64,000 bases of DNA from a virus (Duplodnaviria; Caudoviricetes). A model generated the notes under the pieces. The model worked only from the letters and a program-made list of their open reading frames with translations, was not told the origin of the DNA and searched no databases. Positions 1 through 9,740 of the stretch are shown in pieces (the first letter of the stretch is position 1; each line of letters starts with the position of its first letter). A program made the position numbers and the translations under genes. Location of the stretch: IMG/VR virus record IMGVR_UViG_3300009181_000073, positions 1,593-65,592 of that record; one strand, given 5' to 3'.

Positions 1-39
1 TTCCACTGATTCCCTATATGGCATTGGTCTACACTATCA

Positions 40-459
40 CTATTCTGATTCGTTGTCAACAATCATTGCATCCAGTTGTTTGAAAACACATTCCGAACAA
101 ACGTATGCCATGTTTGTATCAGCTGGATTGCCTGCACAACGCAAACAAACATTTGTTTTTGGGTCACGAACACACTTATCACAAACACTATCTTTGTTTG
201 CTGTTTGTTCTTTGCATCCCCAGCAACTATTTGTTTCCCTCTTGAAGTCTTCTTCGGTTAGAACAGGTTTTTTAAGAGCAGCAACCATTCGATTAAGATC
301 TGCTTGTAGAGAATCTAGATCATCACCAAAGGGTGCCATAAAGTCTGTTGACCGCATCTCTGGTTTGCCATCTTTGTCATAATAGCACTCGACAAGACCA
401 AACTCTTCATCGCTTTTTTTGAATACTCTGTAGTTCCACATCGTCATTGTCCTTAACAA
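40..459 (-). CDS. hypothetical protein, Cys-rich C-terminus
   Basis: ORF with four CxxC motifs; part of a minus-strand gene run. Confidence 0.6.
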   Translation of the reverse strand: MLRTMTMWNYRVFKKSDEEFGLVECYYDKDGKPEMRSTDFMAPFGDDLDSLQADLNRMVAALKKPVLTEEDFKRETNSCWGCKEQTANKDSVCDKCVRDPKTNVCLRCAGNPADTNMAYVCSECVFKQLDAMIVDNESE

Positions 460-763
460 AAGTTTTCACTTCTTCCCAAAGTGATTTCCCCCAAACATCA
501 TTTTTCCAGTCCCGTGGACATTCACCCAAACGCTCATAGAATATATTTTGCAAATATATATAAGAATCAATACCATCTGCATATAATGATATCATGTTTT
601 CGGCGGTGAAATCTCTACCAATAAAAGTGCCATAAGCGCAATATTCTACTCTATGGTTCTTAACTCTATTGACAAGTTTAATCGATTCGGTAAGGAACTT
701 TATCTCCTTAAGACGTTCACGCACTTGATTAATCATTGGTATTCTACAGAGCCTTTCCATCAA
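407..763 (-). CDS. hypothetical protein
   Basis: ORF coupled to its neighbours. Confidence 0.6.
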   Translation of the reverse strand: MMERLCRIPMINQVRERLKEIKFLTESIKLVNRVKNHRVEYCAYGTFIGRDFTAENMISLYADGIDSYIYLQNIFYERLGECPRDWKNDVWGKSLWEEVKTFVKDNDDVELQSIQKKR

Positions 764-963
764 TCCCAGTTATATTTCTCAAGAGCTTTATAAACATTAC
801 CAAAGGCTGTTTCCAGCCCATTCAGTGCCTTCAAAAGCTCGGGATCGGTGCTTGTTGCATCTGTGCGGCAGATGGCGCTAATGAGGCTGTAAAGACCATC
901 AGAGGTCTTGTAGTAGCCAGACCGAATCATTGTGTTTGGTACCGCAATCTTTGTTTTGCTCAT
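760..963 (-). CDS. hypothetical protein
   Basis: ATGA overlaps with both neighbours. Confidence 0.6.
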   Translation of the reverse strand: MSKTKIAVPNTMIRSGYYKTSDGLYSLISAICRTDATSTDPELLKALNGLETAFGNVYKALEKYNWD

Positions 964-1334
964 TGCTTTTTCTCATTTGATCCAAAGATCAGTTTATTGC
1001 CCAAATAAATAAGCTTGTTGGATTCTACCTTTTGCAAACTGTGCTTGTCAAAGAAATAACCAAAGCGATATGGATTATATGTAATCATTTTAGTCAAAGA
1101 ATAAGGCTTCTCTGAATCCTGTTCAACAATAATCCCTTCGGCAAAAGCATGAACATTCTTACGCTTACTGGAAATTACTCTTTGACGGCTTTTTTCCGAA
1201 ACCTTAAAGGTTACATCACGCATCAAAAGAGTAGAAGCATAACCAATAACTTTTCTCTTTACCATAATTGACCAGCAATTACGACGTAGATTCCAATATG
1301 CTTTTACTTTTTCTGCTTGTTTCATTGCCATCAC
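960..1334 (-). CDS. phage hypothetical protein
   Basis: YWNL..CWSI, RQRV..KRKNVHAF and YNPY motifs; upstream TTGACT-N17-TAAGTT promoter and RBS. Confidence 0.7.
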   Translation of the reverse strand: MMAMKQAEKVKAYWNLRRNCWSIMVKRKVIGYASTLLMRDVTFKVSEKSRQRVISSKRKNVHAFAEGIIVEQDSEKPYSLTKMITYNPYRFGYFFDKHSLQKVESNKLIYLGNKLIFGSNEKKQ

Positions 1335-1521
1335 CTTTCAAATGAGAACTTATCAGATTGAGTTGCGGCAGTCAACAGTGTTTCACATATCTATGATTGC
1401 TAGATATCCCAGCAATCCAAGGATAGCAATAATGAAAATAGAATATCCTCCAAAAACAAAAGTAGCAAACCAATCTGTTGGCTTTTTAGACTGTGAATTA
1501 TTTTGTCCCATTTTCTTTTCC

Positions 1522-1794
1522 TTATTGATCAATTATTTCTTGAACACGATGATACAACATGTTGGTGCCATATTGAATTCCAAAAACCGGCGTTAGAATA
1601 CGATAAAAAGGATAATCATTTGATTTGCCTTCAATGACTTCAATAACCATGATAATATCATTTTTATTGATACGATGTTCACCAGTTACTGGAGAAACTT
1701 TTGGAGATACGTTTACATCCAAGCTTTCAAAAACAAAAAAGAAATCTTTCAGCTGATAGAGCTTTCCAGGTTTTAGTCTTTTGTTTTTAGCCAT
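1522..1794 (-). CDS. GKLY-family small protein
   Basis: KPGKLYQL ... RILTPVFGIQYG. Confidence 0.7.
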   Translation of the reverse strand: MAKNKRLKPGKLYQLKDFFFVFESLDVNVSPKVSPVTGEHRINKNDIIMVIEVIEGKSNDYPFYRILTPVFGIQYGTNMLYHRVQEIIDQ

Positions 1795-1802
1795 TGTTTT
1801 AC

Positions 1803-1988
1803 TTATTCTTTACTGGATTTAAATCCAATAGCCCTGCTTTGTTTTACCACGGGCTTCTTGATATTAGAAGTCACTTTACCTTGTTGATTGAATCGGATAT
1901 TATAATCTCCGATGCTAACCTCGGATTCTTCTGTTTGGATTGTTAGGGTTTGTCCTGCTTTTTCCATGGTTAGCGTAATTTTATTCAT
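1803..1988 (-). CDS. hypothetical protein
   Basis: ORF downstream of TTGACT-N17-TATGAT. Confidence 0.55.
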   Translation of the reverse strand: MNKITLTMEKAGQTLTIQTEESEVSIGDYNIRFNQQGKVTSNIKKPVVKQSRAIGFKSSKE

Positions 1989-2008
1989 GTTTTATCGTAA
2001 ACCTCTTT

Positions 2009-2239
2009 CTATGTTTCTATCATACTGGAATCCTCGTTGGAAGTCAAATTTGGTGATTGCGGCTCAATTTTTTGTAGTCCAGTAGACCAATAACAAAAAA
2101 TCCTATCATCAATCTGTACAGCCCAATCATAAAAAGATTGCTTGCTTCGATCCTGAACTATTACCCCAATCTTATTGCGGCAACATCCATACAAAACCTT
2201 AACCGTATCTCCTACTTGCATCCCAATACCATATAACAA
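2009..2239 (-). CDS. small KOW/SH3-like hypothetical protein
   Basis: MQVGDTVKVLYG...GVIV pattern. Confidence 0.5.
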   Translation of the reverse strand: MLYGIGMQVGDTVKVLYGCCRNKIGVIVQDRSKQSFYDWAVQIDDRIFCYWSTGLQKIEPQSPNLTSNEDSSMIET

Positions 2240-2264
2240 TTTGACATATTATGTCAATTGCATT

Positions 2265-2615
2265 TCAACCGGAAGTAACATACCCCTCAACCGAATAAAA
2301 ACCACGAGCCTTTGAAATCTTATGCTTTGACATCTTAATGACATCCTCTAAGAAAGATAGAGAACACCTAACGCTCATGGCTTCAATATCACATTGTAAC
2401 GGCATCTTATGAAATCCTTGCAGAGATTCAGTGCAAACATATGAACCTGTATCGCAAATTCCAAAAGCCTTGCCACCACTGCAACTATCATTCACAAAAC
2501 AAATACCATAAAGATCAGGCCATTCATCACTCCTGTCAAGAATATCAGAAGGAATAATGTTGTAATCGTAATCATCAAACACAAATCCAGAAAACTGTAC
2601 CGTTCGCTCATGCAT
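2265..2615 (-). CDS. hypothetical protein
   Basis: 116-aa ORF in the gene run. Confidence 0.6.
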   Translation of the reverse strand: MHERTVQFSGFVFDDYDYNIIPSDILDRSDEWPDLYGICFVNDSCSGGKAFGICDTGSYVCTESLQGFHKMPLQCDIEAMSVRCSLSFLEDVIKMSKHKISKARGFYSVEGYVTSG

Positions 2616-2644
2616 AAATTACACCCAATACTGCTTGATTGTTT

Positions 2645-3286
2645 CTATTCAATCTGCTTCAATCCAGAGTATTTTATCCAATCAGGAATATTCCTGATAA
2701 CTCTGTCTCCAGCCAAAATATCGAATGTCTTTTCTTCGGAATTATCTTGAATGAAAAAGCCAAAACTGTCTTGAACGAAGTTTTTGTTTTTACCCTCTTT
2801 TTCTAAATAAAAACCAAAACCAATCTTGTTTAATTGAGCCAAACAACCGGGAATAATCCAAGAAACATCAGGCAAACCAATCGTATACTTTAGGTCTGCA
2901 CTCGTCAAGTCTGCACCACCGAGGTTTGCATCCTTGAGGTTCGCATCATGGAGGTCTGCACCCGTGAGGTTTGCACGATAGAGGATTGCACCCGTGAGGT
3001 TTGCACGATAGAGGATTGCACCCGTGAGGTTTGCATATCTGAGGTCTGCACCCTTGAGGTTCGCATCATAGAGGTCTGCACCCGTGAGGTTTGCACGATA
3101 GAGGTTTGCACCACGGAGGTTTGCATCACGGAGGTTTGCACCACGGAGGTTTGCACCTTGGAGGTTTGCACCACGGAGGTTTGCACCTTGGAGGTTTGCA
3201 CCTTGGAGGTTTGCACGTTGCCCTCCCTTTCCATCAAGCCAAAGTTTGTGCTGATCTAGAATCTTTTTTAGTTCAGATGCTTCCAT
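2645..3286 (-). CDS. pentapeptide repeat protein (paralog 1)
   Basis: A[ND]LxG repeats; N-cap ELKKILDQHKLW; conserved C-terminal WIIPGCL...KYSGLK domain. Confidence 0.95.
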   Translation of the reverse strand: MEASELKKILDQHKLWLDGKGGQRANLQGANLQGANLRGANLQGANLRGANLRDANLRGANLYRANLTGADLYDANLKGADLRYANLTGAILYRANLTGAILYRANLTGADLHDANLKDANLGGADLTSADLKYTIGLPDVSWIIPGCLAQLNKIGFGFYLEKEGKNKNFVQDSFGFFIQDNSEEKTFDILAGDRVIRNIPDWIKYSGLKQIE

Positions 3287-3293
3287 GTTTTAT

Positions 3294-3322
3294 ACTTTAG
3301 TTTGTTTGCGGCAAAAAGTCAA
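3294..3322 (-). promoter_or_regulatory. sigma70-type promoter, leaderless
   Basis: TTGACT-N17-TAAAGT, 7 nt before ATG 3286; -35 overlaps the upstream TGA. Confidence 0.7.
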
Positions 3323-3903
3323 ACCGATTCCGTTGCAACCTGCTTCAAACCAGAATACTTTACCCAATCAGGAATACCTCGAATAATTCTGTCTCCAAGG
3401 AGCATATCAAAAGTCTTTTCTATGGGATTGTCTTGAATAAAAAAACCAATGCTATCTTGAATGAAGTTTTCGTATTTTCCCTCTTTTTCTAGATAAAAAC
3501 CATAAGCAAACTGGTTTAACTGAACCAAGCAACCGGGAATAATCCATGAAACATGGGGCAAACCAATTGCACCCGTGAGGTTTGCATCTCTGAGGTTTGC
3601 ACCCGTGAGGTTTGCACCCGTGAGGTTTGCACCCGTGAGGTTTGCACCCGTGAGGTTTGCATCAAGGAGGTTTGCACCTTCGAGGTTTGCATCACGGAGG
3701 TCTGCACCACGGAGGCTTGCACCATGGAGGTCTGCACCACGGAGGTTTGCACCCGTGAGGTTTGCATCTCTGAGGTTTGCATCTCTGAGGTTTGCATCTC
3801 TGAGGTTTGCATCTCTGAGGTTTGCACGTTGCCCTTTCAACACATTGGTTTCAATCCAAAGCCGGTGCTGATCCAGAATCTCTTTTAGTTCAGATGCTTC
3901 CAT
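3319..3903 (-). CDS. pentapeptide repeat protein (paralog 2)
   Basis: [10 protein letters not shown] repeats; same N-cap and C-terminal domain. Confidence 0.95.
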   Translation of the reverse strand: MEASELKEILDQHRLWIETNVLKGQRANLRDANLRDANLRDANLRDANLTGANLRGADLHGASLRGADLRDANLEGANLLDANLTGANLTGANLTGANLTGANLRDANLTGAIGLPHVSWIIPGCLVQLNQFAYGFYLEKEGKYENFIQDSIGFFIQDNPIEKTFDMLLGDRIIRGIPDWVKYSGLKQVATESV

Positions 3904-3910
3904 GTTTTAT

Positions 3911-3939
3911 ACTTTAGTTTGTTTGCCGCAAAAAGTCAA
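3911..3939 (-). promoter_or_regulatory. sigma70-type promoter, leaderless
   Basis: Near-identical copy of 3294-3322; 7 nt before ATG 3903. Confidence 0.7.
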
Positions 3940-3946
3940 TAGATAT

Positions 3947-4204
3947 TCAATGCTCAATCAATTTAAATAATTGATTCACATTATGCCTAGATACTATCTT
4001 TCCAATAGTACCATCACAACTCAATATCTCTACATCATGCCTTATGCCATATTCATCTTCAACTATATCGTGTGATAACACCATAACACAGTTATCTGCA
4101 CGAATCAAATCGTAAAATATACTGTCACCACAAATTGTATGAGGAGTTGCTCCGTGATAGTAATTGTAAAGCTTACCAGAAAATAACCTACTCTGAAGCT
4201 TCAC
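3947..4204 (-). CDS. GKLY-family small protein
   Basis: FSGKLYNY ... EILSCDGTIGKI. Confidence 0.7.
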   Translation of the reverse strand: MKLQSRLFSGKLYNYYHGATPHTICGDSIFYDLIRADNCVMVLSHDIVEDEYGIRHDVEILSCDGTIGKIVSRHNVNQLFKLIEH

Positions 4205-4421
4205 GTTCTGCTTTTAATTGCTTGATAAGAGGTGCAGCTGTCTTGAGATTAGTGTAAAATACCGCAAGATATTCTGGATCTGTACCTATAATCTCCTCAA
4301 AGGAAATATTCTTCTCCCTTGTTATATCTTTCAAGGTACTAAGAACATATTCAAAATCATGATAATCCCTTGCAGTAAGGGAAAATGGAAACTGAATCTT
4401 TAACTCGTTTTTGTGTAGCAT
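4188..4421 (-). CDS. hypothetical protein
   Basis: ORF with GAGG RBS. Confidence 0.6.
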   Translation of the reverse strand: MLHKNELKIQFPFSLTARDYHDFEYVLSTLKDITREKNISFEEIIGTDPEYLAVFYTNLKTAAPLIKQLKAEREASE

Positions 4422-4434
4422 TGCTATGTTTCCT

Positions 4435-4701
4435 CTATTCCTTCAGAATCAATGTGGAACAATCAGGCATAAAGATGTATTCTACATTGCCATCTTTTGT
4501 TAGGATTTTCAATCTGTATTCGTCTTCAATGGGTGCAAAATCTGGATAAGTCCATTCTTCATATCCTAGCAGGACAAAAGACTCGTGTGAGTCTATTACA
4601 CAATATTGATCTTTTGAATTGATGTATTCAAAATCTATCCCTAGTTGATATAATTTTCCAATCTTAAGTTCCAATTGAATTGGCCTGCTCCCAAAAGTCA
4701 C
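4435..4701 (-). CDS. GKLY-family small protein
   Basis: LKIGKLYQL ... KILTKDGNVEYI; true start probably near 4674. Confidence 0.7.
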   Translation of the reverse strand: MTFGSRPIQLELKIGKLYQLGIDFEYINSKDQYCVIDSHESFVLLGYEEWTYPDFAPIEDEYRLKILTKDGNVEYIFMPDCSTLILKE

Positions 4702-4909
4702 TACAAATTATACACCAACCAACCATCCCTCTAGGAGTCAAAACTTTTACTTTGCCATTTTTAGTGCTTTTTTCAATCACCATAACTGTTTCTTTTTGGA
4801 AAACACTATCAATGCTTTCTTGCCCATCATCAAATTCATCATCTGCATAGATCATTTCAGAGGTATAACAAGAAATGTTTTTGTAAAGCTTTCCTACCAA
4901 AATGTCCAT
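4664..4909 (-). CDS. GKLY-family small protein
   Basis: LVGKLYKN ... KVLTPRGMVGWC. Confidence 0.75.
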   Translation of the reverse strand: MDILVGKLYKNISCYTSEMIYADDEFDDGQESIDSVFQKETVMVIEKSTKNGKVKVLTPRGMVGWCIICSDFWEQANSIGT

Positions 4910-4921
4910 GCAATTACTCCT

Positions 4922-5180
4922 GTGAACTACTCACAGGACAAGCCTGTGAGCTTCTAAAGAGTTTGTCTCTAGAACTTTAAGCACTTCACTGAAAATTACC
5001 GCTGTTAAACCAGTTGGTTTTATATTCTCTCCATGCTCGTAATCGTTCGTTCCGAACGATATCGGAAAAATTAATTAATCCGATAATTTTAATTATTATG
5101 CGAAATATGTTTTTTTTAAATGATTTAAAATGAATCGCATTCATCCCACAGGACGAGCCTGTGGGTTTTCTGCTCATGCA
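4922..5180 (-). mobile_element. non-autonomous IS200/IS605 mini-element (259 bp) retaining the omegaRNA region
   Basis: Left-end and right-end hairpins identical to those of the tnpB element at 44067-45423; TTTAT at 5181-5185; ends in TTCAC. Confidence 0.9.
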
Positions 5181-5188
5181 ATAAAAAT

Positions 5189-5217
5189 ACTATATCAGTA
5201 TAATATCTCAAAGTCAA
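5189..5217 (-). promoter_or_regulatory. sigma70-type promoter reading into the mini-element
   Basis: TTGACT-N17-TATAGT. Confidence 0.7.
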
Positions 5218-5223
5218 TAGTCT

Positions 5224-5472
5224 CTATTGTAGTTTTACAAACTGTCGAATATAGGCTTTGTGTATGTTGATGATACCAATAATGCCATTTGATATCAGTA
5301 CCTTGATTGTATAGAGATCAATAACAATATCTTTTTTCTTGAACGATAAAACCAAAAAAATATCTTGATGACTCAACAATCCATTGGTCCATTTGCCATC
5401 ATTATCATACAATGTCCAGCCTGTATCTTTTCCAGGCCATCGATATAATTTTCCTATCTCAAAACCATTCAT
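5224..5472 (-). CDS. GKLY-family small protein
   Basis: EIGKLYRW ... KVLISNGIIGII. Confidence 0.75.
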   Translation of the reverse strand: MNGFEIGKLYRWPGKDTGWTLYDNDGKWTNGLLSHQDIFLVLSFKKKDIVIDLYTIKVLISNGIIGIINIHKAYIRQFVKLQ

Positions 5473-5478
5473 TTTTAG

Positions 5479-5670
5479 CTATTTCGCTTTATTTTTTGTG
5501 AAATAAGAAATACCATAAAGAATTAATCCAGAAAAGATAAGAACACCATTTAGCACAGACCACCATGCTAGCTTCCACCACAAACGACTATAATATACGG
5601 CAGCAAATCCATAAATCACATTAGCCGCCATCCATAAATGATAGCTGATTTTCTGCAACTTTGTTTGCAT
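5479..5670 (-). CDS. small membrane protein
   Basis: Two hydrophobic segments. Confidence 0.6.
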   Translation of the reverse strand: MQTKLQKISYHLWMAANVIYGFAAVYYSRLWWKLAWWSVLNGVLIFSGLILYGISYFTKNKAK

Positions 5671-6089
5671 TATTTTGGTGCCTTCTTCTTCATGATAATA
5701 CGATTGCTTACTGGTGCAGCAGGTTCAGACTTTTTCTCTTCTACCGGCTTTGAATCAACTGCAACCTCAACAGGTGATTCAACAGGTTTTGGAGCCTCTA
5801 CAATGACAGCAGCTTCTGCTACCACTGCTTGTGTCTCGGTAACTTTGGAAGCCTCTACAGGAGCTTCCAGAGGCTTTGCGGCATAAGATTTGATAGACTG
5901 AAATAAACCGTATGAATTACATGCTTCAATTAGAAAAGTAGAAGCAATATAAGCAATAACACCGCTACTAACACCAATGATTAAAGGACGTACACCATTA
6001 AACAAAAAATGTAGTATAATGGCAATAATAACCGAAGTCAATGCCGTAATCGCTATCTGATAACTTGATTTAATAACACTTTTTTCCAT
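5670..6089 (-). CDS. membrane protein with acidic/Pro-rich tail
   Basis: Two TM segments then a low-complexity tail; AAGG RBS before ATG 6089. Confidence 0.65.
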   Translation of the reverse strand: MEKSVIKSSYQIAITALTSVIIAIILHFLFNGVRPLIIGVSSGVIAYIASTFLIEACNSYGLFQSIKSYAAKPLEAPVEASKVTETQAVVAEAAVIVEAPKPVESPVEVAVDSKPVEEKKSEPAAPVSNRIIMKKKAPK

Positions 6090-6292
6090 TTTATTTTCCT
6101 TTAGCAAGAACTATTCCTAGTTTTCTTCTTTGTAAATACCTGACTCTGCAAAAAACATTAGCAGACCCAGAAGAACACCAAATGGAACAAATCCAATCAG
6201 AATAATATTCGTAATCATTTTATTTTAAACCTTTTTAATAATGAGCGTTATCCGTGGTATGCGCTCCCCACCATCTAGTCAACCTAGTAAAA

Positions 6293-6526
6293 TCAGTGAA
6301 TGATCTTGTCGATGCTCTCAACGTGCTTTGGACGACCCCGTGAGGTCTTCAGCAGATGAGCAGATACCCGAACCTGAGTACCCTCCTCCGTGGAAACAGT
6401 CAGAGGTGCCACACAAGATACAAATACCTTGTCACCAGCCTTCAGGACAGGATCGTATCCTCCAAAACGAACATCCTCCAGAACAACCGCATGAACGCCA
6501 ACCTTGAGAGATGAAGAAGTAGTCAT
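6293..6526 (-). CDS. hypothetical protein with RGRPK (AT-hook-like) motif
   Basis: RBS and upstream TTGACA promoter. Confidence 0.6.
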   Translation of the reverse strand: MTTSSSLKVGVHAVVLEDVRFGGYDPVLKAGDKVFVSCVAPLTVSTEEGTQVRVSAHLLKTSRGRPKHVESIDKIIH

Positions 6527-6611
6527 TTTTTTGTTTTCCTTTTCTGTTTCGGGCCGTTGATGTATCTGTTTTACCAGCTTCCGTCGTCTTTGTCAACCAG
6601 TTCTTTTACTA

Positions 6612-6935
6612 TCAGTAGTATCGATCTTGCTCAGACCTTTCAACACATTCATCATGAAAATCCTCAATTAGCATATCATAAAGCTCTTCATCCGTTTTGC
6701 CGCTATATTCCAGTACGTCAGTGAAATCTAGAATAGGCCATTCACCATCATCCTTGTCCACAGCAAAAGCATGCGTAATAATAATTTCTGGATGAGAGAT
6801 ACGCTTATGAGAAGGATATAGCGGATAATTTACATGATATTCAATTTCGATTGAATATCCATCAACCACAAAAACCTTCTGATAGATATTGGCGTAGCTC
6901 TCTGGAGCATTACCGAAATTAATAAGTGAGTTCAT
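6612..6935 (-). CDS. hypothetical protein
   Basis: Acidic ORF with GGAG RBS. Confidence 0.6.
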   Translation of the reverse strand: MNSLINFGNAPESYANIYQKVFVVDGYSIEIEYHVNYPLYPSHKRISHPEIIITHAFAVDKDDGEWPILDFTDVLEYSGKTDEELYDMLIEDFHDECVERSEQDRYY

Positions 6936-7000
6936 TGTTATTCTCTCCCTTGATAGGATTGTTATAATAGAGTTTTCCAATATTAAGGTTTTTCATAAAA

Positions 7001-7261
7001 TTACTCCCACCAGCGATCTCCTTTAAAATAACTCACTTGGATCTCTGTAATCTTGCTGCCTTTATAATACCCCTTGTTGACTTTGAATCCATTGGATTCC
7101 AATAGCAACTCTCCTGATAAACGATTGTTGATTGTATCAAATTCCAGGTAAATCATAGATTTCGGGCCATATGTCTCGTTACTAAAATCTTTGTGGGTTT
7201 TAGGAACAATCGCCCCAGGAATATTCTTGACAACTTCAAATAATGCTTTTCTGGATTTCAT
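7001..7261 (-). CDS. hypothetical protein, leaderless
   Basis: TTGACT-N17-TAAGAT 6 nt before ATG. Confidence 0.65.
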   Translation of the reverse strand: MKSRKALFEVVKNIPGAIVPKTHKDFSNETYGPKSMIYLEFDTINNRLSGELLLESNGFKVNKGYYKGSKITEIQVSYFKGDRWWE

Positions 7262-7292
7262 CAGTGTATCTTATCGTTTTTGCGGCAAAAAG

Positions 7293-7832
7293 TCAAATTG
7301 GTTCTGCTGAAGTCTGTCTCAATCCAGAATACTTCACCCATTCAGGAATACCTCGAATAATCCTGTCTTCGACAAGCATGTCAAAAATCTTTTCTATGGC
7401 ATTGTCTTGAATAAAAAAGCCAAAACTGTCTTGAACGAAGTTTTCGTATTTTCTATCTTTCTCTAGATAAAAACCATAAGCAAACTGGTTTAACTGAGCT
7501 AAACAACCGGGAATAATCCAAGAAATATCTGGCAAACCAATTGCACATTTGAGGTTTGCACCTGCGAGGTTTGCACCAGTGAGGTTTGCACCAGTGAGGT
7601 TTGCACCTGCGAGGTTTGCACCTGCGAGGAATGCACCAGTGAGGTTTGCACCAGTGAGGTTTGCACCTGCGAGGTTTGCACCTGCGAGGAATGCACCAGT
7701 GAGGTTTGCACCAGTGAGGTTTGCACCGGAGAGGTTTGCATGGGTGAGGTCTGCACGGGTTCCTTGATTGCCTTTGGTTGAGAGCCAAAGCTTATGAGAA
7801 TCCAGAATATCTTTTAGTTTAGCTGCTTCCAT
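7293..7832 (-). CDS. pentapeptide repeat protein (paralog 3)
   Basis: [10 protein letters not shown] repeats with a 60-bp internal duplication; shared caps. Confidence 0.95.
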   Translation of the reverse strand: MEAAKLKDILDSHKLWLSTKGNQGTRADLTHANLSGANLTGANLTGAFLAGANLAGANLTGANLTGAFLAGANLAGANLTGANLTGANLAGANLKCAIGLPDISWIIPGCLAQLNQFAYGFYLEKDRKYENFVQDSFGFFIQDNAIEKIFDMLVEDRIIRGIPEWVKYSGLRQTSAEPI

Positions 7833-7880
7833 GAATCGAAGCTATCAAATCAAAAAATATACGTCAATAACAATAGCCAA

Positions 7881-8099
7881 TCAATTAATCTTTTGAATAT
7901 TACTAGGATGTATGTATACATAGCCAACCCTACCATCACCAACAAGAATTTTTAAACAATTATGCGGCAAAATCTCAATCAAACAAAAAATGTCATCTTC
8001 ATCAATAATTCCATTGTCGAAACCGTGAGCCACAATATCAAGCCACAAACAAATGTGGTCATACTCTTTAACTTGATATAATTTGCCAATCTCTAACAT
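7881..8099 (-). CDS. GKLY-family small protein
   Basis: EIGKLYQV ... KILVGDGRVGYV. Confidence 0.75.
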   Translation of the reverse strand: MLEIGKLYQVKEYDHICLWLDIVAHGFDNGIIDEDDIFCLIEILPHNCLKILVGDGRVGYVYIHPSNIQKIN

Positions 8100-8396
8100 T
8101 TACTCTCCTCCATTAACCAAAACAAATCTATCATCATACATGGGATGAACCATTATCGTTCCAATAATACCAGCAGATGTTAAAATATTAATACTATACA
8201 CAGTACCAACACAAGTCGGTGATGCCAAAATCATAAAAATCTCTTCTGCAAAAAGATAATATTGATTATTATCCCAATTATAATGCAAATCATCTGATTT
8301 TTCATGATCAATTGGATAAATAAAAAACCTATCCGGCTTACCATCTACTGTATAAACATGATGTGTACAAAGATTTCCTGGATTTAATGCAATCAT
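8100..8396 (-). CDS. GKLY-family small protein (divergent)
   Basis: NPGNLCT ... NILTSAGIIGTI. Confidence 0.65.
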   Translation of the reverse strand: MIALNPGNLCTHHVYTVDGKPDRFFIYPIDHEKSDDLHYNWDNNQYYLFAEEIFMILASPTCVGTVYSINILTSAGIIGTIMVHPMYDDRFVLVNGGE

Positions 8397-8677
8397 TTTT
8401 TTGCCTTAACAAGTTTTACCCTACCACTCTGGAAAAATATATAACCAACTATACCTTTGGCCGTCATCAACTTCAACCTTATTACATCAATACCCATCAT
8501 ATCTTTAACCGGAAAAGATTCCAAAATCATAAAAACATCACCCATGCCGATTTGATCAATTTTCTTAGAAAAGATATCATAAAAATCATCCTTGACAGCA
8601 ACACTCTTCGCTGGACTACTCTTCGCTAATTGATATAATCCTCCAGATATTAATCGTTTTTTAATGGGTTTAATCAT
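8393..8677 (-). CDS. GKLY-family small protein
   Basis: ISGGLYQL ... KLMTAKGIVGYI. Confidence 0.7.
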   Translation of the reverse strand: MIKPIKKRLISGGLYQLAKSSPAKSVAVKDDFYDIFSKKIDQIGMGDVFMILESFPVKDMMGIDVIRLKLMTAKGIVGYIFFQSGRVKLVKAKK

Positions 8678-8679
8678 GG

Positions 8680-8919
8680 CTATACCGCCTCGTGAATACA
8701 CGATCTGTGAACGTAAGTCCAACCAATAGAACCATCATCAGTCAAAATCTTCAACCTGATAGAGAATGGATCTTCAAAAGTATCCAATAAAAGAAATATA
8801 GAATTTCTATAAATTATTCCACATAAATCATTATTACGACTTCCGTCAGTCAAATACCATTTACTAGCAATTCCCTCCCCGTCAATTCTATAAAGCTTCC
8901 CTGGAATAATATCTAGCAT
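8680..8919 (-). CDS. GKLY-family small protein
   Basis: IPGKLYRI ... KILTDDGSIGWT. Confidence 0.75.
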   Translation of the reverse strand: MLDIIPGKLYRIDGEGIASKWYLTDGSRNNDLCGIIYRNSIFLLLDTFEDPFSIRLKILTDDGSIGWTYVHRSCIHEAV

Positions 8920-9233
8920 AATTTAAGCTCCTCTACCAATTCAAAGAATTCGTAATGTCCAGAAGAATATTTAAACCATCCAATAACCCCAGCATCAGTC
9001 AAAACTTTAATCCAATGTTCAAACTCATTAAATTCATTAACAGTAGCAATATCACTGAAAATTTCAAGAACCATAAAAGTATCATTCTCATACAACTTAT
9101 TGGTTTTTTCATCCAAATTGTTGATGCCAGCAAACAAAACCCACCACCATTCATCATATTCCATTGGCAAAGGATTGCGGCAAACATATAATTTACCTAC
9201 CTTAAATCCAGTTAAACTATTTCCGTTACTCAT
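8913..9233 (-). CDS. GKLY-family small protein
   Basis: KVGKLYVC ... KVLTDAGVIGWF. Confidence 0.75.
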   Translation of the reverse strand: MSNGNSLTGFKVGKLYVCRNPLPMEYDEWWWVLFAGINNLDEKTNKLYENDTFMVLEIFSDIATVNEFNEFEHWIKVLTDAGVIGWFKYSSGHYEFFELVEELKLC

Positions 9234-9501
9234 CCGTTAACTCCTCTAACCAAGCTGGCTCAATCCTGAACCATCCAAATAATCCCTTGCCAGACAATAC
9301 CTTTATCCATATCTTTCTTCTCACAATCTTACAAGGCTTTCCAATATCTAGCAACATAAAACTTTCCCTAAGAAACAATATATTATCCTTGTCAATTTGA
9401 TAATGTCGATTGTATTCATGATCAGAATTAGTCACCAAATAAAAGAAATCATGGTAACTTCGATCAATAAATTGATATAACTTACCAATAACCAATCTCA
9501 T
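9226..9501 (-). CDS. GKLY-family small protein
   Basis: VIGKLYQF ... KVLSGKGLFGWF. Confidence 0.75.
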   Translation of the reverse strand: MRLVIGKLYQFIDRSYHDFFYLVTNSDHEYNRHYQIDKDNILFLRESFMLLDIGKPCKIVRRKIWIKVLSGKGLFGWFRIEPAWLEELTDE

Positions 9502-9740
9502 ACAGTCTCAACCAATTGTAAATCATTACAATCGTACTTCAAAATATATCCAACAACCCCATCGCTCGTCAAAATCTTTAGCCATTTTGTTGAGCCGTAT
9601 TCTTTATCTAACTCACCAAGAAATAAAACAATGTCATTAAGCTGGAGATTTCCAATACGTTCCCCTAATTTTCCATCATCATCACTAAGAATACTTCTAG
9701 TAGATACAGAAGTATCCATGTATAATTTACCAATGATCAT
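9498..9740 (-). CDS. GKLY-family small protein
   Basis: MIIGKLYMD ... KILTSDGVVGYI. Confidence 0.75.
   Translation of the reverse strand: MIIGKLYMDTSVSTRSILSDDDGKLGERIGNLQLNDIVLFLGELDKEYGSTKWLKILTSDGVVGYILKYDCNDLQLVETV

Noticed and set aside
2900-3830. 15-bp periodic repeats (GAGGTTTGCACC...) as a CRISPR array or satellite; also at 7.5, 13.9 and 63.5 kb
   Set aside because: They are the coding pentapeptide repeats. There are no unique spacers and no cas genes.
4986-5177. 63-aa ORF inside mini-element 1
   Set aside because: It spans the left-end hairpin and omegaRNA, and the second copy has a length difference in this stretch. It is probably incidental.
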